This document shows, one piece after another, positions 20,520-31,300 of a stretch of 64,000 nt of DNA. A program made the position numbers and the translations under genes. Origin of the DNA: a virus; IMG/VR virus record IMGVR_UViG_3300032093_000013; one strand, 5' to 3'. The notes under the pieces were generated by a model. That model worked only from the letters and a program-made list of their open reading frames with translations, did no database searches and was not told where the DNA came from. How positions within the stretch are numbered: the first letter of the stretch is position 1; every line of letters starts with the position of its first letter.

Positions 20520-20942
20520 TTATTCCTTATTATTTAGAAAACCTTGCTTGAGTAATTTTGATAATTCGGATGTTGACCCAACAAAAACTGCATTATTTGT
20601 CACATTATTAGTTGTCTTTACAGATTCATCTTCAACATCTTTGAGTTTTTTCTGCAAATCTATAAGTTTATCTGTCACATCTCCAACACTTTTAATTAAC
20701 TGTCCAGCAACTTCGTACGCTCTTGGACTTCCACCTTCTCCTGCAAGCTCCATTATCCCATTAATTGCTTCTTGCCCCTTTTCAATTAAGGAGTATAGAT
20801 TTGCTCTGGTGTATTCATAATCTTTTTGAATATCATCCACTTTTAAAGGAGATATCTTTAAATCATCTTTTACCTTTTCTACTTCAACAATATTACTTTC
20901 AATATTAAGAGCAGAATCTAAACTGTCAAATGTATTACTCAT
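20520..20942 (-). CDS. gp16: terminase small subunit
   Basis: DYEYTRANL, PRAYEVAGQLIK, FVGSTSEL motifs. Confidence 0.93.
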   Translation of the reverse strand: MSNTFDSLDSALNIESNIVEVEKVKDDLKISPLKVDDIQKDYEYTRANLYSLIEKGQEAINGIMELAGEGGSPRAYEVAGQLIKSVGDVTDKLIDLQKKLKDVEDESVKTTNNVTNNAVFVGSTSELSKLLKQGFLNNKE

Positions 20943-20948
20943 ACTAGG

Positions 20949-21746
20949 TTAAATATCCCTTTGTTGTGTTGGACTATAAGTTTTAGAGTCCTCAAAACTT
21001 TGCCAAGTTTCATTAAACCCAAAGTCATCATCTGGATTTGCATCAATAGGATCTGGAGTAAGTGTATATCTCATCTCTCTCTTTGCTATTGCAGTATCTG
21101 TTGAATTATAGTAATCAACCTGAACCTTACGAATAAGACCATCTGTAGAATCTGCAATAGGACCAAACAGATATGTTTTTACTGTAAAGTTAAAGGTATA
21201 AATTAATATTCTTCTTGTTGAAAAGTCTCCTTCATAATCATCAGTAAATGATACATTATCCAAAACGATGGGAATATCTCTTTTTTCTCCAATAGAATCA
21301 ATCAAATCTACTGTTAGATTGAATGATGGTTGAAAATAAGGTAGTATTTGTTCAACTACTTGCAGGGCATCATCCTGCAATTTTGTCATTACATTTAATT
21401 GAAATCCAATGTTATATGGAACTGGTAAATAAACTTTTTTTAAATTTGTCCCATCAGATGCTTTAAATGTTTGAGTAATATTTGCTTTCCTAGTCGCATC
21501 ATATTGAATAGATGTCATCTCAAATGCCATTCTGGGTAATGTAATGGCAATTGGTTTATTTAATTCTGGTTGCTGTTGGATTCTGGCAAGAAATTTTTGA
21601 ATTGGACCATATGCCAAAGCAACCTTCATTTCACTTATACTATCACCAGTGGAATCTTTGTGCCTTATGTAAATATCATTGAAAACTGTTCCAAATGCAA
21701 TGACAGTTCTTCTGATAATTTCATGATAGTAATATGTTCCAAGCAT
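20949..21746 (-). CDS. gp15: tail sheath stabiliser/completion protein
   Basis: YYHEIIRRTVIAFGTVF, TLPRMAFE, QILPYFQP. Confidence 0.95.
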   Translation of the reverse strand: MLGTYYYHEIIRRTVIAFGTVFNDIYIRHKDSTGDSISEMKVALAYGPIQKFLARIQQQPELNKPIAITLPRMAFEMTSIQYDATRKANITQTFKASDGTNLKKVYLPVPYNIGFQLNVMTKLQDDALQVVEQILPYFQPSFNLTVDLIDSIGEKRDIPIVLDNVSFTDDYEGDFSTRRILIYTFNFTVKTYLFGPIADSTDGLIRKVQVDYYNSTDTAIAKREMRYTLTPDPIDANPDDDFGFNETWQSFEDSKTYSPTQQRDI

Positions 21747-23137
21747 TAGAATGTACCAAATGGATTTGATTCTGAAAAATCTACGATGCCTTCGGCTGCG
21801 TTTTCAATTTCTACATTTTCACTATATTTATCATATTGGTCCCATGTATCATATGATTGGACAGAATAAATTGCACTTGACGCAGATCCAACAAGAATTT
21901 CTCCTGGATAAAATTCTTTTGTTGCAGCATTATCTACAAAAGACACCTTAAGAACTCTTGTATCAAGATCCCACGATTTGACTCTACCACGAGTTCCAGA
22001 TATGGATCCAAATATTTCCTCATTGAAAATATAATTACCAATTCCGGAAAGAACTGGTGGGGGTGCAATTGTTACGGTTGGTGCAACTGTATAACCAGCA
22101 CCAGGGTTTGCTATTCTCAAAGATGCTACCGTTTGTCCGGTACCTACAATTGCAGTTGCTACAGCAGTCTCTCCGGCACCTGTTGGTCCACTTATTGTTA
22201 CTGTTGGTGAAACAATATACCCAGATCCAAAATTAACCATTGTTAATGTGGAAATGCCGCTCTGGGTGGTTTCGATTGAGCATGTAGCTGCAGCACCAAC
22301 GCCACCACCGCCCGAAATCACAATAGATGGTGCAACTGTATATCCTGCTCCCGCTGAGATTAAAACAATAGATTCTACAGATTTAACTCCACCTCTACTT
22401 GTGGTAATTGCCACTGCCCTTGCAGTTATTCCCCCAACCGGTGCTGATGTAAATTCAACCGTAGGTGTAGAAGTATAACCATATCCGTCATTATTCAAAA
22501 AGACTTTACGAATATATCCAGTTGCTAGTGTAGCACTAGCAACGGCTGTAGATCCTGCTCCAATAAGTTGTAAAGTAGTAATATACCCTTCATCTTTAAT
22601 TTGACTATCAATTTCTTCAATGGTAGTATCAATAATTTCATCCTCATATTCAAACAACTCACACTTTAATTCATACATGTAAAGTTTTCCTAGTTGGTAA
22701 AAATTAACCTCATGCTCAACAAATTTAACTTCGAATAATCTTTGCCCTAAAGGAAAATAAACCAAATCACCTTCCCTTGGTCTAGATGCAAGAACAATTT
22801 CATCATCATCAGACGCTTCTAAAAAGGGCGCTATGAAATCTTCAAATCTTTCTTTTGAAATTACTAAACTTAATTCATCTTTCAAATTTACACCAAATTT
22901 TGAAAGAATATCTCCTTGACCACTATATCCATCATAATTATTAATATATGCTTCAATCGCATAATTATCATCAAATTTTGATGATTGAATTTCCCTAATT
23001 ATGGTTTGCTTTCTGACAAATTTTCTAGGAATGTAGATTACATCTACTCCATAAATTTTTAACTGTTCATTAATTAAATCTTGTACAAGCCTTTGTTCTC
23101 CTGCAGAACCTTGTAAAAAGAAAGGATTAAGTGCCAT
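21746..23137 (-). CDS. gp14: neck protein with Gly/Thr-rich repeat insertion
   Basis: NPFF, RPREGDLVYFP, FSESNPFG. Confidence 0.93.
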   Translation of the reverse strand: MALNPFFLQGSAGEQRLVQDLINEQLKIYGVDVIYIPRKFVRKQTIIREIQSSKFDDNYAIEAYINNYDGYSGQGDILSKFGVNLKDELSLVISKERFEDFIAPFLEASDDDEIVLASRPREGDLVYFPLGQRLFEVKFVEHEVNFYQLGKLYMYELKCELFEYEDEIIDTTIEEIDSQIKDEGYITTLQLIGAGSTAVASATLATGYIRKVFLNNDGYGYTSTPTVEFTSAPVGGITARAVAITTSRGGVKSVESIVLISAGAGYTVAPSIVISGGGGVGAAATCSIETTQSGISTLTMVNFGSGYIVSPTVTISGPTGAGETAVATAIVGTGQTVASLRIANPGAGYTVAPTVTIAPPPVLSGIGNYIFNEEIFGSISGTRGRVKSWDLDTRVLKVSFVDNAATKEFYPGEILVGSASSAIYSVQSYDTWDQYDKYSENVEIENAAEGIVDFSESNPFGTF

Positions 23138-23139
23138 TA

Positions 23140-23982
23140 TTATCCAATAAAATCGTAAGGTGGAAGTTCATAATCCATAGACATTCTTTGCATTATGTCT
23201 GCAATTTCTCTTTCAGCGTCTTCATAAATTTCTCTACCATTTAATTCAATTCCACCGGGGAGTTTGACTCCTCTGAATTTAATTAGATTTTGACCCCATT
23301 GTCTTTTTATTAGAGCAGTTAAGTATCTCTTTAAAAAACTATCATTGTAAACTTTAGTAAACTCATTAGGATCTAAAATTCTATAACAATCAATAATAAT
23401 ATAATTATCTTTTGCTTTTGCAGTCCAATCTATATCTAAATACAATCTATTTTGTCTTTTATTATATCGTATCTGCTTATCTGGTGTAAGTAAGAAATCA
23501 ATATCTTCCAGATATGTTTTAACCATAGAATACTGTAAAAGTTCAACCGAATTAAAATAATATAAATCATTTAAAAATAACTGATACTTAATACTAAACA
23601 TTCCTGCAGAGATAGTGCTAGTATCAAACTTAAAAACTTTTTCAATTCCAATTATTGAGTCTGGTACTTGAATAAAATTGGAATTTTCATAAAAATTAAA
23701 TGTAGTGGTTCCAATTCCACTGATATTAGCCGATCCCGTTGTGGTAACAATACCAGCACCTACACTAGGATCTGCTTGTCCCCTATTTAAGTCTTCTTGT
23801 GTAATTTTATACTTGAGATACATTCTCTCAACACCATCAAAATGCCTCTCTTGAAAGTATTGGAGCGCATCATCAACTAAATCATCGATCTGGTCGTCAT
23901 CAACGTTAATTTCCAGTACAGGTGCTCCTAATCTTCTTAGGCAGTAATCAATTAATTGTTGTCTGGTTGCTGGTTTTGCCAT
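23140..23982 (-). CDS. gp13: neck protein
   Basis: LRRLGAPVLEINVDDDQ, QWGQNLIKF, LPGGIELNG; likely start MAKPATRQ at 23982. Confidence 0.95.
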   Translation of the reverse strand: MAKPATRQQLIDYCLRRLGAPVLEINVDDDQIDDLVDDALQYFQERHFDGVERMYLKYKITQEDLNRGQADPSVGAGIVTTTGSANISGIGTTTFNFYENSNFIQVPDSIIGIEKVFKFDTSTISAGMFSIKYQLFLNDLYYFNSVELLQYSMVKTYLEDIDFLLTPDKQIRYNKRQNRLYLDIDWTAKAKDNYIIIDCYRILDPNEFTKVYNDSFLKRYLTALIKRQWGQNLIKFRGVKLPGGIELNGREIYEDAEREIADIMQRMSMDYELPPYDFIG

Positions 23983-24623
23983 TAGTAAGTACCCCCATCT
24001 ATTGCATTTGACCAAGTAGGAATATTGCTATTATCCGTTGTCATTATATAGTTTGTATAATCTATTCCATTCTGTGGACTATTTGTAGAAACCATTAGTC
24101 CACTGGAATTGAAATATGGCATTCCGTTGGTATAATATGGTCCATAATATAATCCACCAGATACTGTGGCAATTCCAGATATAATCGCGTTTCTGGCAGT
24201 AAATTCATCAAACTTTAGGTCATCACTTACATATAAGTCGCCATCAACATATACATCACTTTTAAATGTTGTCAGACCTACAAATGTAGAAACCCCCGTT
24301 ACATTTAAGTTATTGACGGTGGCAATACCAGTTACATTTAAATTGAATAATGTAGTAATTCCAGTTACTCTACCATTTCTAGCGGTAAATTCGTCAAATA
24401 TTAAATCATCACCAACTCTTAAGTCTCCATCAATAAAGACATCATTTTTAAAAGTACTTACGCCAACAAAAGTAGATATGCCACTTACATGAAGTTCTCT
24501 TATAGAACCAATGCCACCAATTACATTTTCTGCAGTTACGGCTCTACCACCAGCTGATCCGGAAATGCTAGAAATTACTTTTACGGCATTTTGTTGTCCA
24601 ACTCTAACTTTGATATCGGACAT
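23982..24623 (-). CDS. fibre-like virion protein with internal duplication
   Basis: Two copies of G.STFVG..TFK.DV..DGDL.V.DDL.FDEFTARN; C-terminal IDGGTY. Confidence 0.75.
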   Translation of the reverse strand: MSDIKVRVGQQNAVKVISSISGSAGGRAVTAENVIGGIGSIRELHVSGISTFVGVSTFKNDVFIDGDLRVGDDLIFDEFTARNGRVTGITTLFNLNVTGIATVNNLNVTGVSTFVGLTTFKSDVYVDGDLYVSDDLKFDEFTARNAIISGIATVSGGLYYGPYYTNGMPYFNSSGLMVSTNSPQNGIDYTNYIMTTDNSNIPTWSNAIDGGTY

Positions 24624-24967
24624 TAGCGAGTAACTCCTTCTGTTACGATAACCATTCCTTCAATTACTCTATTCTTGACTCCAAATTCATCCGTAATTAC
24701 AACATCATAAATGTATCTTCCTGCCTTTAAATTAGTAGTTTGTGCCGAAGTTAAACGCAGTAAAATTTGACCGATTGTTGGAGGAGATTCAATACTTGCG
24801 GTAAAGGATGTTGAAGTAGTGCTCCCAGCCCATTTTCTCATTTGAGCCGCTACGGTATATCCGGTCAAGTCAAAAGCAGAATTTGTATCGGATCCTTCTA
24901 AAGTAAATGATTGACTGAAATCGGCTCCAGAATTTACGACTAGATTATTTACATATACTGCAGCCAT
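24623..24967 (-). CDS. hypothetical virion structural protein
   Basis: DLTGYTVAAQMRK, AGRYIYDV, RVIEG motifs common in cyanophage structural ORFs. Confidence 0.75.
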   Translation of the reverse strand: MAAVYVNNLVVNSGADFSQSFTLEGSDTNSAFDLTGYTVAAQMRKWAGSTTSTSFTASIESPPTIGQILLRLTSAQTTNLKAGRYIYDVVITDEFGVKNRVIEGMVIVTEGVTR

Positions 24968-24990
24968 TTATTCTTTTAAGCTCTACTTTT

Positions 24991-24998
24991 TATTTATA
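24991..24998 (-). promoter_or_regulatory. T4 late promoter
   Basis: TATAAATA overlapping the stop of the NblA-like ORF. Confidence 0.8.
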
Positions 24999-25170
24999 TT
25001 TCAAGTGCTCCCAAAGATTGAATAACTTCTTGTTGCTTCAAATACAACTTGCAATATAATTTTGAAAAATTTTTAAGTTGCTCATGATTCAGTTCATCAA
25101 TAGTACGTGAATGTTTTTCATACTCAAATAATTTATCTATAGTATTGAGAGTAATTTCATTTGGATCCAT
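24994..25170 (-). CDS. nblA: NblA-like phycobilisome degradation adaptor (58 aa, absent from ORF track)
   Basis: MDPNEITLNTIDKLFEYEKHSRTIDELNHEQLKNFSKLYCKLYLKQQEVIQSLGALEI fits the NblA pattern (F...V..MS.EQ.K.F...L) without gaps. Confidence 0.6.
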   Translation of the reverse strand: MDPNEITLNTIDKLFEYEKHSRTIDELNHEQLKNFSKLYCKLYLKQQEVIQSLGALEI

Positions 25171-25360
25171 TAATGATCTCCTTTAGTAATGACTTAATTT
25201 CATCAATATCTTCCTTAATTTTATTCAATTCATTTTTTTGCGATTCTCTATTGTTTAAACTATTTACATATTGATTATATGCATTACTATCACAATTTAG
25301 AATTGCTCCAGAATTTTCATCACGATATAGATTTGGGTGACCTTTCACTGGTATCATCAT
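25157..25360 (-). CDS. conserved cyanophage hypothetical protein
   Basis: VKGHPNLYRDENSGAILN motif plus C-terminal coiled coil. Confidence 0.8.
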   Translation of the reverse strand: MMIPVKGHPNLYRDENSGAILNCDSNAYNQYVNSLNNRESQKNELNKIKEDIDEIKSLLKEIINGSK

Positions 25361-28300
25361 CTGATTGCAATACCTCTCAAATCTTTAAATCTTGGTGGAT
25401 ATGCTTGATTTGTAGATGACATTACAATTTTAATTGTGAATCCATTAAATTGGTCAAGATTATTTGCAGAAAATTCATATTCTAAGAATTGATTCTGATT
25501 GCTTGCTGGTACAAAAATGTCTGGTAATCCGCTATTATTTGCTGGGTCTACGACATCTGGATATCCATCATTATTGTTGTCTATTGTTAGATTATCATAT
25601 CCTGGGAATAATTCAAATGATTGTTCGACTTCACTAGAATCTGCCCTCAATAAACTATAAAGAACTCTAAAATCTGCAGAAAAATGTCTATATGCAGAAA
25701 GAATAACCTTAAGCGAAGTCGCTGGTTGAGATAACCTTACTGTATTTGAAATGTATATTGCAGCATGTGGGTCATCAAGGATAGAATTGACTCTACCATC
25801 TTGTTGATAATTGCTTATTGGAGAATTGATTCTATTGCTATGAAAATCAGTAAATGATGTATCTAAAAATATTTGCGGAGAAACATATTTATTACTAGTG
25901 CGTAGTGTAATTGCTGTTGTAAATGATTTGTTTCTAGGTAAAGAAGTTAAGAAAGTATCTTCGTTTACTTTTGATGCAACTATTCTAGACGAGGAAAGGG
26001 TATTCAATGAATTTATCTGAATATCTTCGTACCCTAAATCTTGGAAAGAAACTTCATTTCCGCTAACACTAGTGCCACTAACTGACCTAATTTTTGCCAA
26101 TACAGAAGTTTCTGCTCCTGGAGTTCCAATATCATAAAATGGAATAATTGCATCATATTGTATATTTTCTGATGCAAAAACCTTAGACCCCCCAGAAGTC
26201 AGTTCTGAAGAGAATGACAATTGTGGATATCCTGTTGGTGTATTGTCGCTATTTCTATTTACTCCATTAGAAGTTCTATCAATTTCAATGTAATAACTAT
26301 CAATATCTAATCCAGTATCACTAATATCATGTGTTGTATTAATTCTTCTGAGTGATACACCATTGAATTCATACTTATATACAGGAGTATTCGTGGAGTG
26401 TGGAATAGAAAGTGTTGAAGACTGTCCCCTAGTTACAGTTTCTAGAGTGCCGGACCCAATACTCTCATATTTAATAATTTCATTTTCAATAATAGCATAT
26501 CCAGGATTTGTGCCGTTAACGGTTTTTCCTTCAAATGTTACAAAGTTTGCGGTGCTTGCTATAGAAATTGATGTTGAAGATGCTGTTATCGACTGAGAAA
26601 GCGTAGTAGATTCGGTATTTGGAGTGACTCCACTAATCGAAACTTTATTATTGGTAGCATACATTCCATGATTAAAATGGTTTAATTTGGCAAAATTTCC
26701 ACTGTAAATGGAACCAACTGGCGTGGAGCTTCTAACAAATGTTGCTGCCAGAGAAACTGAATTATTAGATGTATCAAAGTAAACCAGACTTGCAGTGCCA
26801 TCTGAAGTAAACGATTCTCCTTGGACGTTACTTAGATAAAGAGTGTCGATACCGTTGTTGTTTCCAGTAATTGTAATTCTGGCATCTCTACCACTATTAC
26901 TTGAAACCGATGAGGTTACAATTCCGACAACATCACCAATTGCATATCCATTTCCGGCACTCACGATTGATGCCGCAGTAATTGCTCCAGATGAAGCAGT
27001 TATGTTTAGTGTGAGACCAGAACCATTTCCAATAATATTGTATGTTGAAACATTTGTATCAGACACATAATTTGACCCTGCAGTGGTAACACCAACAGAA
27101 GAAGCTGAGCATCCAGTGCCAACAATATAACCATAGTTATATGTCTTGGTGCTTTCGCCAACTTTTCTTCCAGTGGTTAAAATTCCCACCATGGTAGAAT
27201 TTGTAGTTGTCGTAATACCAATATTCAGTTTTCTGGGAAGAACTGCAAGTGGATTGTTTTGTAAGTTTGAGATATATCCATTACTTTCATTAAGTGTAGG
27301 ATTATAAAAATATGCAGTAGATGCTGTGTTGGTAACAAAATTTGCTCTATGAAGAGTAAATTTCATATCTTGATATTGGTCTGCAGTCCAAATGGATCCA
27401 TTTTGGGACTTAAACAGACTTCCCATGGCAAACTGTTGCGTATATACAACTGCCTCAGAATCTGGAAGATTTCTTGATTGAATTGTTTTCTTGCCCATTT
27501 CGGCAATGAAGACTTCATATTCAATACTTTCTGGAGCTAGCAATACGATTGCATATTCTAAACCAGGTGCCAAATAAATTGGATAATCAAATATTGCTTT
27601 TGTTACTGCTGTTGCATCGTCTGAAATTTGAATTTGATCTGGTCTTAGAGTAACTGGATTTCCAACTACTGTTGTTGTAGGTGTACCTAACTCAACAGTC
27701 CTTACTTCTACTGTAAGAGGGTTATTTCCACTATCTTTTTTGTAGAAATACAAGTCCACTTCGGTTAAAAATCCACCATCTTGGTCAACTGTAAAAGTTT
27801 GGGCAAGTGGGTCTTTTCCTCCACCTCTATCTTGTTGAGGAAACTGAGTTTGTTCAAAATTTGTTGTTACTCTTGTTATATTTGTAGTAGTTAAACGGGT
27901 ATTTGTTACTGTTGTTGTATTTGTAATTGTTGTCTCATATAATTCTAGAGTTCCGTCTGAGATGTAATTTGTTTCAGCAGATGAAACTGTAGTACTTCCC
28001 GCAACAGCAACTTCATTTGTGGGGCTAGATGTAATTTTATATGTTTTATTTCCGGTATTAATTTTTACATCTGGTGCTGGATTAGTATTAGGATCTCTAA
28101 TAAAGAAAGATCCTATCAAATCGCCATAATTATCAGATATCAATCTAAGGTCCTTTACATATGCTATAGCACCACTTGTTTGCCCAACAAGTTTAGCACC
28201 TTTTACCAAATATCCAGAATAAAGACCTTGTGCCTCCTCTGATATAGAATATGTGTCAAGGTTTAAAATCTTCGATGATGCACTATATGCATCTGGAATT

Positions 28301-31300
28301 GACTCTGTTCTAAAATATGGATTTGTTGTAAATTTGGTCGTTGGAGAATTGAAAGGACCAATTTTATGAGATGGCATTGCCACTCTAAAAGCAATTATCT
28401 TATTGTTTTGATTATCGTAACCGATTACCGTTTCTCCAATCGTAAATGCAGATGATGCTCCATAATTTTCTAATGATTCACTGTTAGCAATTTCAATTAG
28501 TTTAGGAATAAAATCTACAGATCCATTTCCATCTAAGAATTGATAATATCTAGTATAAGGTTTCAGACTAGTAATTGAAAATTCAGTATTTCTAGATCTC
28601 ATATACTCTTCTGCACGCGCTTCTACTAATCTTGTAGAGCTAGTGCTTCTAGTAGATGAACTGCTAGATTCAGTTACAGTTTGAGAGAATTCTGTTGAAA
28701 GTTCAGTTCTACTTGCATTAGCACCATTATCAACCCTAACTGTCCTGTCACCCAAAACAGTATTGTCTCTTTCAACTAAAACAAAGTCGGTTACTGATAT
28801 TGTTTTATTTGGTAATTGTACAGTTCTAACCCAATTATCTCTATCTGGAGATAATTTAATAGATCCTTTATATGAAATTACGTGAAATGGATTAACATTT
28901 TCTACCTGTGTTGCAAGTGGTTGATTAATCCACTTTTCGGAAGTATATTTGAGAGTTACAGTGCTTCCTGTCTTTTGTACATTAGAATCTATCAGAGCAT
29001 AATTAGTTGATAAATCTACTTCTTCATCGGTTATATTCAGTGACGGTGCAAGATAATTTTTAAGACTATTGCGAGCAATAATCGGTCTCATTTCTTGCAG
29101 TTCTGGGTCAATCTCAAGAAGTGAAAGATTTAAATTAACTCTTTCGTAGTCTTTAAAATCATCTACAAAAAATCCAGTTTTAAATCTATTAAATCCCTGA
29201 GAATCTTGTATTTGAAGAGTTTGTGTACTTAATTCTAAAAGCGTTAACGAAGTTACTCTCTCTAGATTTTTAACTCTGTTTTCAATGAGACCAATGTCTC
29301 TCATCGTATATCTTCTGTTATCAACAAGTGATAATGTTGCACTATTCGGAGTATAAAGGTAAGGTGGCAAACTAATGGTCGCTATCTCCATTACATCATC
29401 AATTTTAATCGGAGATTTTGGATTTGAAGATGAATTTCCTTGAATATAAATAAACTCACCATTTTTGTTGAGATAAATTTTATCTATTCTTCCAATATAA
29501 TAATCATATCCAATAATCGTGCTCTCATTTGGTGTTAGATTTAGTTTAATAGAAGAACTAAAGTTTCTATTTGAAAAATCGAATGGAGAAGACGCTACTC
29601 CAGAGAATACTGAAACTCTTGGTCTAAAATCGAGTGTATCTGATGCTCTTAGATTTTTATTGCCGATTAGAGGCACATCATTAGCAAACTGCTCTTGTTT
29701 GTAACTTAATACTGTAAATACATCTCCATTATCTGTAGATGGAACACTGAAGTAATCAAAAACGACTAAAATCCTTCTAGAAGGTTCTGTCTCACCCTCA
29801 TTTTTAACAATTCTAGAATAATCATAGTATTGTTCTTTTTGCCCCTTGTCCAATTTGAATCTATTTGTGATATCGTTATAACTTCCCAGAGTAATAAAAT
29901 CAATTTCTCCACTAATATTCGATTCTTCGAAAGTAACATTTTCATTAGTTAAGAATCTATTTGAATTTAAATAGATTATACCGACGCTATTTGTGGATCT
30001 TGTAACCACTCTAGCTACACAACCACTTTCCGATCCTATAATGTTTTCACCAATAATAGCATTTCCTCCAATGTTCAAAACACTGCTGAAGGATACACTA
30101 TCCAAAGAGGGGTTGGAAGTATTTAAAGATTCATAAACTGCTAAAACTTTCGCAACATCTGGATAATTAAGAGAAATTTCTTGGTCCTGTACTCTCAGAC
30201 CGTAATATGGATTATATTCTAGACCATCATTAATAGAAGTGCTGATTCCACTCCCAGACTCTAGATATTTTGAATAAATTACATTAATTGTTTGACTTCT
30301 ATTATACTGCTTTTCTTTACTTTCTACTCCATTTTTAATAAAAGTTGCATTGATTGACGATGTTGTTTTACCTGATGTGAGATTTGATAAAGTAACCTGA
30401 TTATTAGATAATGAAAATTCGTCTGCTGTTAAAGATTGTGTTGTACCATCGGTATAATGAACTGAGTAACGCTCTTCGTCAAATCCTTGAAATAAAGCAG
30501 TCGTTAAACCGGATGGTAATGAGAAATCGGATACTGATAAAACGATGGGGCTGCTTGATGATTTGGCGCTCGTCGATTGAGCACTAAAGGTTAAGATGGA
30601 ATCGTTTAAATCTATAGATGATAAATTTGAATTTGGAACTTCCGCATACAAGAATCCTTTTTCAAGATTATTAATTGTTGGAGCTCCAATACTGAAAGAT
30701 ACATTTGTGGAGACACCAATAGATCCATCACAAACTCCACTAACACTTGCAACACTTGCAACTGTCATGGAAGATCCTGTTAAACTAACGCTAGTAACTC
30801 TGTTAAAGTTTTCTAAAGACCCTGTTGATGTTTGATATCTAATGATACTTCCGGGTTTGATTGAATTGAAAAATTTTCCTGGAGAAGTTACAACACCACC
30901 AGAAGTAATATTGATTGTATCGGAGGCATTAAAACCGATTGGTAACTGTTTTGATAAAACCGAATCTCCTATAAATGAAGTAGTAAACCCAGAAACTGCG
31001 GTAGATTGGTATACTTGTTTAATATCCTGACTGTCATATACTGTAATATTAGTAATCGATCTAGGATATAATTCTAGTCCATTGATGATAATTTGTTCGC
31101 CCTTTATAAAATTACCAGAAGTTTGTCTTAAACTGACAGTTGTTGTCCCATCTCCAGCAGAAACTGCATATCCACTTGCGCCACTACTTTTTCCTTTGAT
31201 GAATGATGTTGCTGGTAATTGAGATATAGATAGAGCTTGGTTTAAAATTAATGTTGTATATGTTTGAATATCATAAAGATATAAGTCCCAGTTTGTAGAT

